Origin: Gordius albopunctatus
Taxonomy: Eukaryota
NCBI GenBank assembly: GCA_964276515.1
Contig: OZ193910.1
Coordinates: 5,952,001-6,016,000, forward strand
Direction: 5' to 3'
DNA: 64,000 nt
This document shows positions 18,160-32,805 of the stretch, in pieces; within the stretch, counting starts at the first letter, position 1, and each line of letters opens with the position of its first letter. The position numbers and the translations under genes are program-made. Under the pieces are notes generated by a model. That model was not told the origin of the DNA. It worked only from the letters and a program-made list of their open reading frames with translations, and ran no database searches.

Positions 18160-18499
18160 CTTTTTCCATACAATTTATGCCCGTCTTCGATTGTGATCTT
18201 ACGTTGAAATTACAGTGATTGATATATTACTAGCATTAATTAAAAATTTAACATCGCTCTAATTGTGAGATTGTTCCCAGGCCTATCATAGTCAAATGAA
18301 TATTATAGGAAATTAATAAATGACGAGCTTACTGACATTATAAAATTAGGATTTGTCCCTTGGAGTTCTATTTTTTTAGGCTCATATTTTCGATCGTCTT
18401 GTTCAAAATTTAAAAGAATTGTAATTAATTGTGGCATGACTTTTCAAACAAATTGAAAAATATAAATCAAGCGGTGATATGGTGTTATTTTTTAAAGAT

Positions 18500-21400
18500 A
18501 TGTCTATAAATAGCTCATTAAATAATAGCAAATATGAACTTTTTGTCAATCGCCAACTAAGATCAATGCCTAAACTCAACCCCGAAGCATTAAAAATTTA
18601 CTTAGACAAAGAAATTGCATTAATTAAATATGAAACCAACATTAATAACCTAAAAAACACGATTTCTTTTTTAAATATCTGCTTAAATAAGAAGACATTA
18701 TATTTTTCTAATCCTAATGATTATAGCTTGTATCAAAACTCATTTCAAGAACTAATTCATATATCTGTTTCTATACTTTATGAAAGGGTATTGAGTCTGC
18801 AAACTAATCTTGAAGAACATTTGAATGTATTAAATAATTTAATAAAACTGTATATATTTCATATACAACATGAATCATGGACTGAAGAAAATTTTAAAAG
18901 GCACATTGATTCCTACATTCATATAGTATTTATATACAAAAAGACACATGCCAGACAACAGGAACTAATCCATTCATTTGGTTGTCTAAGTTTTTTTTTG
19001 TTAGATGGATTTCTAAAACATATGATGGGCAATAATTATGATATCCAATATTTGTATCATCTTCAAAGTCAAAAATTCATGCCTCCCTTATTGGATAATA
19101 GACACAATGAGTTTATTAAGGCTATAACTTCTATGGATGATTTTTCAAAAATGACCTTTATTATTGCCTTTTTAAATAAAAAGGCAATAACATCAATCAT
19201 TCATTTTATTCAAATAGAAGAATCAATACAACAACTTAACATTAGGTGGTAAAGATGAAATGTTTGCATATATAAAACTATAAAATAAACGGACACCAAA
19301 AAGCGAGCCCATAAATTGCATAGCAATTAATACTACTTTATTATTGCAAATAAATTTTATTTACATTTTTAATATCTATATATATCACTCTATTAAACTA
19401 ATTGAATATGTTATGATTTTTGGCTTGCAATATAATTAAATGGTCATTTACTCTTTCAAAAACAAATTTCACTCGCAAATCCATGGGCGCACCACACCCC
19501 CCCCCCTAAATGACAAAAAAAAAATTTCAATGCAAAAATCCTCAAAAATTGAAAAATTTATGTTTCCCCCCCCCCCAAATCCACAACCTGGCTATGCCCA
19601 TGCACAAATTAAATGATATTTTTTTAGAAATATTCTCATAAATATATTTTAATAAGTTTATTCATTTAAATATTTTTTATAAACAACTATTTGTGATTGT
19701 TTATTTTATAATCTTGATTTAGCTTAGATATAACTTCTACAATCATTCTTTCACAATTAAAGTTAACTTGGATACAGAAATTTAAAACAAATCTTATGGT
19801 TTTTGATGAAGTGAATGAATTTTTTAAAGTAAATAAGCAATTGGAAAATTATCATAACTTATATTTAAGGAATTAGATGATATATTTATTTGTATCACAG
19901 AATACATCTTCTTTCATATAAAATACTCCCACAATATTGTTTACTATAATGCATTGCAAATTTTAAAGCACTTTGTAATGGTTGTCATTACTTTATCAAG
20001 CAAAAGTATTTTTTAAATATATTTACAAAAATAAACGTTAACATTTAGGTTCAACACTTTTTTCTGCTGATAAAATATTTGCATCAAATATTTTTCCTCA
20101 TATCACTCAAATGAATCCACTAAGCAAAAGTCAAATAAAATGTCTTCAAATAATGATTGAAATTATCATGAGCGCACCAACAGAAAATGAACATGGTACC
20201 TTAAATGAGTTTAATCAAAAACAAAATTTGGCTAAATTAATTCAAAAAACCCTCTTGCAATTATTGGAACTTCAAAATATATCAAGCACTAATGAATATG
20301 AATTTTTATGTAAAAGCAATCATGTTTCTGATTTTTTTGACATTTTAAATAATTGCAACCTATCATATGGGGGTTATAAGCTTGATGTCATGCACCTTTA
20401 CAGCAAATGGTTTGAAAGAATGTTTGATCTCTCAGAAACATATCTAATTCAAAGTGATATACACATTATAAAATGTATGAACTGTATTAAAACATTTTTA
20501 CAAAAGCTTTTGAAAAAGTCTGCAAATTTATTAATTAGCTACTTTTTTAAACTTATGTCATCCAGCTCAAGAACTTGTTGCATAACCTTTAAAAATGGTC
20601 TCAATTTAAATGTGTCATTAAATGATGGCATATCTATGCATTTATTAAAAATTGGAACTTTATTTTGTGGCCTTACTTTTTTAATGGACGCAAAATACAC
20701 CATGGATGTAAAAGACAAAGTATGTATTATATATTTTATTTGAAAATATAGTATATTTTGTATTAAAATACGTTTATTGTGGCAAATATTATATGACATT
20801 AATATATAATTGATTTAGAGAATTGAAATTCTGCTTGAAAATGGAGTGCATAAATCTAACACCTTAATCAGTTTATTGGAATTAATTAAAATTCCTTTCT
20901 ACCAGTATATTCCCAATCAAGTTTTCCAAGCAGGGATTGTGTGTGGTTATGAAAATGTAAGTACCTTTTAAGGACACTGGTGGAATGGCATAATTTCTAC
21001 TTGCAACAATCAAACCATTTGATACAGTTTAACTTATTTATTCGTATTTAACCAACTATTTATAAAACGAATGTGTTTTTTATGAAAAATAACTAGGATT
21101 TAACTAACTAATTTAATATACTATTAAGTATCGACCATACTTGGTAAAATTTAATATTAAAAATATTTTTTTTCAAAAACGCTCGAAAAATTATTTCGTT
21201 GTAAAGGATGTAAATACATTATATCTCAACTCGACCTGTATTAACGAAGGAGTTATTTGGAAATTTTAATTAGCTTTTAGTTTTGTTTTCAGTAATCCAA
21301 AAAAATAAGGCAAGTTGTTTGTAAATTCGAGTTTTATTCTGCTGCTGCTGCTGATTGGCAATTTTCTTACTCATACAAAATTTCGTGACAAAACAATATC

Positions 21401-24400
21401 TTCAAACTTTTTTTTGTTTATTATGAAGATTTATCATATAAAAATTTTGGTAAATTAAACAGATCTGCATGTTATCTCGAAATGCGATAGCTTTGGATTT
21501 ACCCAACATTTTTCGATCGTTTTTCTGGGCCCAATTCGGTTAAAACATTAGTATTATTGAAATTATTTTAAGAAAAGTTATACTAAAACGCACTTGCCCT
21601 CCTACTACTATTTGGATTAGAATTTAGACTAAACCCAAACAAACCGAAGGTTTATTGGTCTCTTTCTTATTCGACCTCTAGGCTTAGTCCAAATTTGAAA
21701 AATAGACCAGAGTCGACCGTTGGCATGGGCGTACCCAGGTTTTGAATTAGGGGGGGGCAAAACGTTTAAAAGTTCATTTAGAGGGGGGGGGCAAAATATA
21801 AAAAGTTTTAATTTTTAAATGTTTTTGCACTGAAATTTTTTTTCCGTAAATTAGGGGGGGGGGTCCCCCCCCCCCTTTTGGGTACGCCGATGACCGTTGG
21901 TCATAGTTAATCCAAAGATCGACCAAACAAAACCAAGCTGTTTTTACAACAATACTGCAAGTTAATTTTTAATAATTAAAGGTAAAGTATAAAACAATTA
22001 AAGGTACTATACACGGATAGTAAAATGCTATGATGAGTTATTAAAAATTATCTATTATGAATTGTGTTGAATTTTATATATTCTCTCAATATATTTTATG
22101 TGTGGCTGCAAAGATTAACCTGGACACCCTCGCCGTGCTCAGCCAAATGTTAGTGTCGTTAATAAACGGTTGTTGGACCGTTACACCCGATGAAAAGGCT
22201 TCCCTTTTCTGCATCATTCAATTTAAACGTTCTTTTTTGCACGTGGTTCACAATGGAGACGCCGTCGATTGCCCAGGGCCCCGAAAGCGGGTAGTTCAGA
22301 TGCTAGATAATCTCATCGTTCAAGCCACGACGCAATACCGTAAAAGGGTGATACAAATCGCCAAGTTATTTCAAAACGGCCTAGAGGAAGATGAGAGCAA
22401 AATTGAACCCGTAGTGAAGAGTATCAAAATTATTTTGGAAACGTTGAGTTGGTTGTGGAATTTTGCGGCACTCAATTTGCAGAGCGTTTCCGAAAATTAC
22501 TGTCCTCCTCCTAACGATTGCCTCAACGTGCCCATCGAAGAAGAAGATATGGGAGGCGAAGAATTCTTCGACAAAGGTTACCCTTACGGGAAAAATAGTT
22601 TGTTCATAGCTATTCTCGAATGCACGGCGCGAGAATTGGCGCTTGCTATGGTTGAAATTGACAAATTCAACGCTGTTACGTATATTGACGGCGACTCAAC
22701 AAATACCCGAGTGCTAGATTTTTTAAGACTACACTGCAGCCCTCGCGCTTTGGCCTATGGTTCAATGCAAGAATTTTGGGCCTTCGCTTTTATTCAATCC
22801 TGCAGTGGGGCTACCGTGAAAGTTTATAAGGACAACGTGTTGGACATCTTTTTGGCTACGTCATACGAAGACCACAAAGCTAGCGCGCTCAACATTATTT
22901 CAAATCTGGGACCTGCCTTTGGTGTCAAATTCGAGCCGCAGCAGTTAACCAATAATTGTACCGACGAGGTATGGGGAATATTCGTAGCCTACATAACTGT
23001 TTCATGCGTTTTTATAAAGTGGAGTCAAACAACAGCCTTTAATGTTTAATTGCAAAAATGCATTTTAACAACCGTAGTAAAAGTGCTTTTATAATTTGCA
23101 AACTTCTTGATAAAATTTCCACCTTAAAATTGTTACTTTTAATAAATTTAAGCAATATTGATAATAATTTATGAGCTAAAGACAAGAATATCTAAGTATA
23201 TCATACAACCTATAAATTTAAGGTTTGTTCTCTAGGGGAATCGCTGATAGATGAAGTTAATTATATTTATATGTTATAATTTTATCACAGGATGATGAAT
23301 GGGGCTCTTTTTGGTCCTATTGGTTTCGTATGGCTACCAGCCCTTGGCCCCGGGATACTCTGACATCCGTTTATCTGCTAAAATACGCTATTCGTCTCGG
23401 TCAAGATCAACGACATTTGGTGAAATCGTTAGCCCTTTTTTCGCAATCATTTTCGAAAAAGGTTTTCTAAACTTTTTCCTCAAATCATGGTATATAATAC
23501 ATGCTAAAATAAAAAAATTTGATGCCACAGGAGGAGGACGACACACCTGTATCGGGTGAAATACGATCAATGACCTTGCAAAAATTGCGAGCTTCGAAGC
23601 TGATCATAATTTTTCGTGCTATATTTTGTCCACTGAGGCAGGCTATTGACATAAAGGCGTCAACTTATTCCCTGCCCCTGTTTGGCCTGCTACAAAACCT
23701 CATTTCACTCTTACGCGATATCGACATTTATACCTTAAGAGATTTACTTATTGAAGACACGAAGGGGAAAGGAGGCGGCGACACTGCAGGAATTTCGGTT
23801 ATTTCATGTTTTTTTATATAGTCGAAAAATATAATACGTACTTTCTCAGTTAATACAGGAGTCCTACAAATGTCATAAACTTCCATCTTTGATTGTTGTG
23901 ATCCCGGGCTTTATAGTGGTTCTCTTACTAACAACAGCTCCTTAAAATGTGTATAAAATGGCAGAATTTAAAAATATTAAGAGAATCTTGATATTTCGGG
24001 GCAACATTATTACATCATTCAAGAAATCTCCTTTTTAATCATAGATAAGAAGGCTTATTAATAATCACAATTTTAATGAATTTCGTCCTAATTTTGCTTT
24101 TCGATCCAATCTAATCTCTACATATATATAGGTTGTGTGCAATCTTTTCCTCGAAATTACACGTGAGTGCCAAGCCTTTGCTGCCTATGTGTTCCCGTTC
24201 GTCAAACATCCTGCACCAGAAGGCTACATCGTAGAATACACTAACACTACTAATATGCTTGGTACATATAGATGATATAAGTTTCCCTAAATGGGCTTTT
24301 ATCGTTTTTGTAGAGCCCTCAAAAGTATTGCAATACTTTCAATAATGTTTGCAGTTATAGCATTGGATATAATTTTTAACAACGAACATTACTTAATGCT

Positions 24401-27400
24401 GTGTGTTAAAAGCATTTTATATTATGAAAAAGTTTGCGCGCACCATGTTTTCTCTGGGAAAAATTGCAATACATTATTACTAGGCTTACAATTAATACAA
24501 CTTCATAACTATGCTCAAATAAAAAATGTGTGTTGTCAAAGGTGGACAAGATCATGTTAACGAAGTCGATGAGTTAAGCTGTAAAGATGGTCATTCACCT
24601 AGTAGTCCACAACTCTTTGCTATGTCCTGTTGGCGTACACTTCGAGAAATTTCCCTACTTTTTGGCCATTTTATTTCCATCACCTCAACCCAGCCAAACG
24701 TTGTGACGGAGCTGGGAGATTCTCAAACCCTCGCTTTGTATCACGTCATAGTAAATTTATTTTATAAGAGTAGTAACGGCGTTATTAAAATATTTTTTTT
24801 TATAAATTAGTCAATATTTGATTAATTAATAATTGCAAAACATGATTGATATCGAATTTAATATAGAATATTGGTTTTGTCTTAAGGTAAGGGAATGTCA
24901 CGAATATTTCCGTGACATTTTGCTCGAATCTTTGCACATGGGCACGATAGAATTGGCCTATGCTGGATTTTGTGTCATGTGCAACGCCTTGTTTAACCCA
25001 TCTAATCCTCTATACATTGTCGTCGATCGAACATCGGACGCGAGAATGAACTACAGACACAAGTGGCTCAACGAATTATTTCGAGCTCTTCTTAACGACT
25101 CTACTACAGGTAAAGTGTAGTGGCATGGAAATGCTTCGTTTTTTTACCAAAAACCTCAAATTTTGAATTGGCAATTTTACATCTTCATAGCAAAGTTTGC
25201 CGTCTTTAATAAAAATTCTAAACAACTCTCAACACTAAAAAATGTAATATATGGGAATAATTATGGGTTTCAGAACTCGAAAATTTTAATTATTTCATAA
25301 CGTTAATTATAAACTTCTTCAACTATGATAACTATTTACAAAAAAAACCATGTCAAAAAGAGAATACTGAGGATCATTCACTGATCGATAATGAGGTCGG
25401 AGTTTATCAAAAGGATCTACCAACCCAGTCCATCGATATATGCGTTACGAGGCGTGGGGCAGGACTTCCCTTTTACCTCTTATCACTCCTCACCCCTTCG
25501 CCCAATAGTTCTAACGTCATTAATTATGACATCGACAAGTGCGATCATTTACAGACTGCCTTGGATAACATGCCCTTACCGTGCGATGCTCCGCTCATTA
25601 ATTTAATGTCAACCCTCATCCATTGGGCATGCTTAAGAGGTAACTTAAATCAGGGAAGGGCGACTGCCCTTTCCTTTTAGATCCCATTTTTTTATAAAAG
25701 GCTTTATAATTATCGTTTACGCTATGTCATTACAGAAATTTTGTTATTAGCTAGCAAAAGCTTGGCTACACCCACTTCTGAATGTGTCTATGAAACATCG
25801 TTTGGCATATTTGAATGAGAGCTTAAAATAGTTGATATAGACTACGGTTTATGACTATTTATGGACTATTTGCCTTTGCTGAATTTACTGAGATAAGCTG
25901 TTATGTTCGATAACAAATTTTCGTTTTGTTTTTATATATAACGAAGGTGTAAGAAGCGCCGATCCTAAAGCAATCATGGCTATGAACCTTCTCAGAGCCA
26001 TATTCAGAAATACAATTCTTGGTCGTATCGTAGTGGGCTATTACTGCGAACCTATAATGAAATTCGTAATTAAGCCGCTTTACGGATCGCCACATTGGCC
26101 TCTTAAGAATGCTGCGAACCTTCTCTTTACTCCTATCTGTAAAAAAATATTTGGAAACCATTTTGGTCTTCGAACATTTACACAATTTGACGACATTCAT
26201 GATTTGAGACGTTCCGCATCCAACTTAGCTGGCCGCACAACATCCACCGCCAGTCTTCTTTCATCTAAGGAATTCACTCTTAAGTATAACGCCTTGTCGA
26301 AATACTTAGTTGACAAGTTGGAAGAAATAGCCAAAAAGCTCAAGGAAACGAATTTTTCAAATCAGTGTGGTAACCTTATTAAATATAAAAAAAGATTGCT
26401 ATTGTTTCATTAATAGTAATTTACACCAAATAATAATACAATTATTGATGGAACTATGGTTATATTTGTTAAACGACAAAAATCATAACATACAACTCCA
26501 AAGAATAATTAAAATTGCTTAGTTTTACCCTTTTGTAAAAAAAATAAATAAGAAAATATTAGAATCTCTAAGAAACTTGTAAGTAATAACAATTATTTGA
26601 ATAATGCAAACATTAAATATATAAATTAAAATTAAGTCTATCCAACTTAGCAAATATAAATGTATAAAAGGACTCATAATTTAATATTTTTTGGTTTAGC
26701 CAAGTCGCCATCAGGGCTCGGCGATTCAAACCTTTTCACAACCACGCAAACCCTTTATCCCCTTCTCACGATGCTAGAGCACGTTCAAGTTTCAGAAAAT
26801 CACCAACCAAATCCTCCTACTACGTTTGCTGCAAAAAGCTTTAGCGGTTCACTAGTACCTTCACTCATTACTATTTGCATCCATTCTAACAATTTTTACG
26901 TATCGCGCCGTTGTGCCATTGTTATAGCTAAGCTTTTGCCATCTCCACCCTTCCATTCCGATCAACAAATATGTAATGCGTTCGCACAAGCTAATAAGAA
27001 GGACGAAAATGCGATATCTTTATTTACTTTACTCATAAATCATTTCGACGCATCTTCATCTTCCGAATGTAAACTAAATTGTCATAAAATGGCGGGTAAT
27101 AATGAGTATAGAAGCCTTTTTTGGATACTCGAATACGTTTTAATAAGGTTTCGCGAAGTTCGAGAGGTTAAAGCGCAATGCATAACTCTTTTCTCCAATT
27201 TGTTTAATGCGACGACATCCCATCCAACTTCAGAGAGCTCACAATTTATGTACACCCCAAAATTCGTTCGTCTATGTTCCCACGTTAAAGTGCAATTCCT
27301 CAACATACTCAGTTTGTTGGACGTCAACAGTAAAACGAATGATGCCGCTGATCCCCTTCACATTCTGACTAATTTGCAAAGTTCATTGGTGAAGGAGGTG

Positions 27401-30400
27401 AGTCTTTCCTACGCGGCGATGTTATTAGATAATTTGCCACCTTCCTTCGCACCATATCGATATTATACTACCACAATATTGCCCTCGGTGTTGGAAGCTA
27501 ATCCTTCGACTCGCTTAATTTTGGGGCAAAATTTGGTGACTTGTTTGGGGGAAAACATGATTCCGATCCATCAAACGGGGATTTGTGAATTTCACATGCT
27601 TCTATTTTTGCTTCCCATCCCCGATAAATTAGCTAGCTCAAATTACTTGTATCGGCTGAAAGATTTTTTGCAGCCCGAATTTTGCCACGTCAAATTCATC
27701 ACGTTAAACGTGAACGAAGAAAGGTTAAAGGGTTTGAATTGCCAGGCAAAAGGGCACGACAGCAGCTATTTGCCCATTTATGAATATGCTTTCAGGATGA
27801 CGCTCGGACCTATACTCGGTGGAAAGGATTATAAAGGTTTTCACGATGAACTATGTTTATCGATGGTAAATTATAAACACGTTTTTATTTAATCTTTTTT
27901 ATATTGTTTAAAGGCCATATTGTTATTAATCAATTTCCCGGTATCATCATTAATTAAATTTACCAAAGATTCATTTCCCGATGCTCATTCGGATCTAGAT
28001 GCTCTACTTAAGGTAATTTTTTTATATATGAAGACATAATAACTTTACATTAGCTCTTTGGCACTGTAAGCGACTTATTGGATCTTGATGGTTCAATCCT
28101 GAGGTAAAATATGTTTGTCATTTATAAAAGGATTACAACGTAAAAAATTATTTTGATTGATTTTTGTCATTCGCCTCCTAATTAATATGTTAATTTCTAT
28201 GATATTTATTTCAAAAAATGTATTATGTATCCATTTGGTTAAACGTTAAAATCTGATGAAATTTCACTACAACCCAGGCCTACCGTAAAGCTTTATTGGT
28301 TAGTTTTTGGAGGATATTTACATCGGACCCTTTATAATCATGTGGACCTTGACGTTTCAAACTTGCAAAAATACAAAGCGTTGGGCAATCGTTGGTCTAA
28401 TGTTTTGACGAAGGTTAATGATTCAACCTCTCCTGACTCTCAGCCATCTCGCTTAATCGTTACTTACATTTGCAAATGGAGCTCTAAGGAGTGCTTCTTA
28501 GATCCGCACAACCACTTAGGTATAACAATTTTAATTAACTCCTTTTATATATTAAAGTTTTTGCTATAAAAATATTTGCAATATTAAATTTTTCCAAATG
28601 ATTGAATTTGTTCATAAATCAAAGCACTCATTAGCCCTAATTTCGCAAAGGATTCTACCGAACTACCTGTTTTAAATTCATGACGTGAGAGTGTCAAAAT
28701 TAAATATATAATTTTTCTAGGCTTTGAAAAATGTTCGGAAATGTCTCTGAAAGCATTTATTCCAAAAAATGTCTCGTTGTGTTTTAAACTGATTTACTAA
28801 ATAGTGAAATATTCTAACAATTTTACCCGACAGCAATTTTTACATCATCCTAAGGATGGGGGGGGCGAATTGATTAATACATTTTCACATTCTCATGATT
28901 TCTTACGATTTTTAGACCAAAAGACATGCACGTTTTATAAAAATTAAATTTAAAGGGTTTTTATTAATTGCTATGCAATTTATGGGCTCGTTTTTTGTTG
29001 TCCGTTGTCTACCAAGTTATTTGCCCCAGCTTTCTGACCTGGAGGTTCGAGTTCTAGCCCAGGAGAAGACAAATTTTTTTTCAAAATTAAATTAATATTT
29101 TGTTCTTGTTAATAACATTGATAATATGACTTTTTGGCCGTCCGCTGGCTACTGACCAATGAAAAAAATGACCATTGGCCAAATTATGAATCGAAATTTT
29201 TTTTTCGTTTTTGAATAGGATAACATTGATGATTACCCTAAACCCTCCCCTACAAAGGCTTATGCCTCTACTGATATGGGTCCTTGTGCCCCTACAAAGG
29301 TTTATATATCTACTGATGTGCGTTCGAATCCCGGAGAGGGCAAATTTTTTTTAATTAAATAGAAAATTTGTATAAATAATTAACTAATCATTTTGCATTT
29401 AATACCCCCTGCTACGTTTATATGGAGTATAGATGAGTTTCGTTCCTCCTTCCCTCCTGCACCTCCCTCCCCACTTCCCTTCCCACGAGGGCCGAAGGCC
29501 CGAGTTTTTATTTAAATTTGGGAAATTTTATTGTTTTGGGACCAATTTATATCATTAAACTTTATAAGTCCCCTATTTCAACACACCTAATAGGAATATT
29601 GGTATATAAAAAAGTAGTAAAATTGCCATCCATGCATTCAACTGATGTGCCTAAACTTGGGCTGTCATGATACTCATATTTAAATTTCATCGGATATTTT
29701 GTTTGCAGATGTTCAAGATGTATGTAAATTTTGGAAGTTACTTATGCGCAACGTCAAAGATGAAGACGTTGAAATTAAGAACGCATCTGCTTCCACCATA
29801 CAATCCTTGTATGACGTCAACAACCCTTTGTCAGGTATTATATTTTAATACTACTAATTAATAAGTATTTTATTAGGTTATTAGACCCACATCATTTTAT
29901 AAAATATTAGTTTCCGGTATATCCCCAGCTTTCATCTATATAAAAGTTACATTTTGGTTTTTCACTCGAAATTTGTTGCGGGTGAATTTTTCTATACCGG
30001 TTTAAATTTAAGAGTGCTTATAGGGTGTAGGTCATAATGTTTTGGTTAATTCGAGGGTTTGAATGGCAAAATTTAGACTTACGCTTTCTTCTACTTTAAT
30101 TTATTTGTACATTTTAATGCACAGAAGAAAGCGGGATCAAATATATGAATTACGGATCATGCCATGCCCTACGTGTGGCATTAAACCTATTTACAATCAC
30201 TATGTTGGCCAAAGGAAAAACGCGAGAACTTATTGAGTTTTTTGAAGAGTGTATTGATGAATCATTATCATTGGATGGATCCATAAAGGATAATATATAT
30301 AAATCTGATGGAACTCAGGTTTTTGCAGGAGGGGCGCCTAAGGGATTGTTATTCGCCTGTTTCCTAACTAATCTGAATACGTTGGAAAATCATATATCCA

Positions 30401-30519
30401 ACAATTCCCCAGATGTTTTGGGAGAGGAGTTAAATTTGAAAAGGTGCAAAGAAATGTCTGAGAAAATTCAAAAATATCGTTATAATCTTATTCATTTATA
30501 TGATGCCCTAAATGATTGA
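18500..30519 (+). CDS. THADA: THADA / Trm732 (DUF2428, armadillo-like), ~18 exons, ~2170 aa
   Basis: Phase-consistent GT-AG model: 18500(or 18479)-19245, 19723-19828, 19870-20005, 20049-20719, 20819-20956, 22114-22968, 23291-23797, 24132-24261, 24542-~24750, 24887-25109, 25361-25639, 25947-26369, 26700-27865, 27914-28012, 28054-28103, 28278-28519, 29709-29834, 30125-30519. THADA motifs: APEGYI, CWRTLREISLLFG, LLESLHMGTIELAYAGF, TRRGAGLPF, AMNLLRAIFRNTILG, SPHWPLKNAANLLF...KIFG. The N-terminal exons are supported by ORF and phase only. Confidence 0.88.
21724..21892. mobile_element. ~165-bp hAT MITE (CATGGGCGTA...TACGCCCATG family)
   Basis: TIRs plus 8-bp TSD ACCGTTGG. Other full or partial copies at ~19482-19602, 31076-31239, ~32024-32180, ~39173-39330, 44126-44291 and 54022-54189. 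Confidence 0.88.
28960..29512 (+). mobile_element. Possible Helentron/HINE-like non-autonomous element in a THADA intron
   Basis: Ends in a GC hairpin GGGCCGAAGGCCC followed by a T-run, and has an internal tandem duplication (~29248-29320). 28962-29006 also occurs inverted at 19288-19332. Confidence 0.35.
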
Positions 30520-30689
30520 ACGCATTTGTTATGATTGTTACCGTTTTTTATACTTTTAATTGGTGTTTATTCAAAAATAATATTTAAAAATATGATGGTT
30601 AGGTTCAAATTTTAACAAAAATTGAGGAATTAATTATGCAAACGTCATCAACTTATAAAAGAATCGGATAGGGCCTAACACTTTCCCCC

Positions 30690-31510
30690 TTAGTTGTCTT
30701 ACTTGGTGGTCAGTTGCTTCAAGTAGTTTCGCTTTAGCTCATGTACATTTTCGAGTCCATTTCTATTTTATGTTTGCATGTGAGCTTAGGTCTTCCTCTC
30801 TTTCGCTTCCCTTCTACATGCACCTTCTTGATACGATTTAGCATGTTTCTATCCTTTTAAAACCAACTTTCTCTGTATCGGAACCTCATCTTATTTATCC
30901 CTTATATCTTAATCCTTATATGGTTTTTCTTGCTTATTCCCAAGATACCTTATGCATTTCCATTGTAATCTAGTTTTACACTTATTTTTTGTCCAGCTCC
31001 TTACATTACCGTAGGAACTGTAAATCTGTTATATGCCTTTGTCACATATATGCCACTTAACTCCTTAGATGTTAGCATAGGCGTAGCCAGGGGGGGCAGG
31101 GACGAGCGGCTGCCCCCTCTAAATCCAAAAACTTGTTGGAATTTATTAAAATCAAGGCTAAAATTGCAAAAAATGTTCCTTTAGCCCCTCCCTAAATCAT
31201 TATTGCCCCCCTCTATTCCCAATGTTGGCTTAGCCCATGGATGTTAGCCATCCTGCCGGTATTGTTGCCTTCATTCACTTTCCACATCCATCACACTGTA
31301 CCCTAGAACCCAATCCGTTTGAATTCCTTCTAACTGTCATCAGTTTTCAGATGTGATTTTTTGGCTTCATTTTTCATATTCAAGTATATTCAGTTTTATC
31401 ATAGCTAGGGCTATTGCTTTCTATTCGACCCATCCACACTTTTACCTGCCTTTAATTTAACATTTGAACCTGTGGTGCTTAGCATTATGCCATCAACAAA
31501 GGGCATTGCT
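30690..31510 (-). mobile_element. Heavily decayed RTE-type LINE fragment interrupted by a MITE
   Basis: Minus-strand VEGKRKRGRP-like segment near 30790-30820 and further RT C-terminal-like sequence. MITE 31076-31239 is inserted inside it. Confidence 0.5.
31076..31239. mobile_element. ~165-bp hAT MITE
   Basis: CATAGGCGTAGCCA...TGGCTTAGCCCATG termini; TSD GATGTTAG. Confidence 0.88.
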
Positions 31511-32805
31511 CAAGGGTTCATCATTGTTATGAAGAGCAATTGACTCGGTGCCAAACCTTTAGGCACGTCGACACGCTTTGGATGTGCTCTGTAGTCATGT
31601 ATACATAATCTAAGTTTCCCAAATGTTGCTGGAAAATACGGCACACGTAGCGGTGCTATAAAATTGAGATTGTTTGCCCCATAGTAATTTTGTCTAAGAT
31701 TTAGGACCACAAGGGGGAAACCAGTAAAATAAGGACCCTAATGAAGTCTTATAATGGTGATGGTACACAGTCTGTTTACTCCTTTCACCAGCGCAGGTCT
31801 TAAATGACGCGCTGAATAACAACATTATAATATTCTGTTAACAAAATTTAAATAGATAATTTATAAACTTAGACATTCAAATTTAACTATGACACAAAGT
31901 ATACTATATTTAATCTGGAATCTTAATGCTGTAACGAATTTATTTAGTTTACTAAATTACTTAATCATCAAAATATTTTTATATAAATGCTTTTATCTTA
32001 AATATATCCTATTAGGTGGAATACTTGGGCGTAGACAGGGGGGCAGGAAGGGGTGGCTGCCCCCTCTAAATCCATTTTTTAAAATTATAATTATGGCTAA
32101 ATTTCAAAAAATGAACATTTTGCCCCTTTCTAAATCATTATTGCCCCCCTCTAATTCCAATGCTGGCTATGTCCAGGATGAGTTATTTGTGTAAATATTG
32201 TTATCATAGCATATAATCGATTTGAATAAGTTAAAGTAAAATACACCAGTAACAAATTCATGTTTGTCATTAAAAAATTGACTTAAAAATTGTTTTTACA
32301 GCTAAGTTTCAACTCATAAAATTTAGCCTCACTTTTCATATATAAAGAATTTTGAACTTGAGTGAACTTTATATATATTTATTCTTAAACAAATAAGAAA
32401 AACTGTATCATCTTTAATGTGATTAATAATTATTAAATAAAGCTGTTTGAATAAAAATTTTCCTTTAATTATAATATTTTAAATTGTTTTTTTTGCTAAC
32501 TAAATCAAAATTGCGTCAAAAAATTAATAGTGTTCTATTAGTCAAAAAATATTTATAAATACTAGACAAACTTTTTGTAATATGACTTTTAATAAAAACC
32601 TGATTAATTTTCTATAGAAAAGCAGAAAGTAAATAATTATTAACAATAGGATTTATTTTGAAAATTTATTTTTGTAATGTATAAAATTGATTTCATCAAA
32701 GATAATGTCAAATTGACTAAATAAATTTCTTATTTCAAAATCATATTAATCACTAAATGTAGACTTAAGTATTTATCATTGTTTACTGACATTTAGTTTG
32801 ATAAA

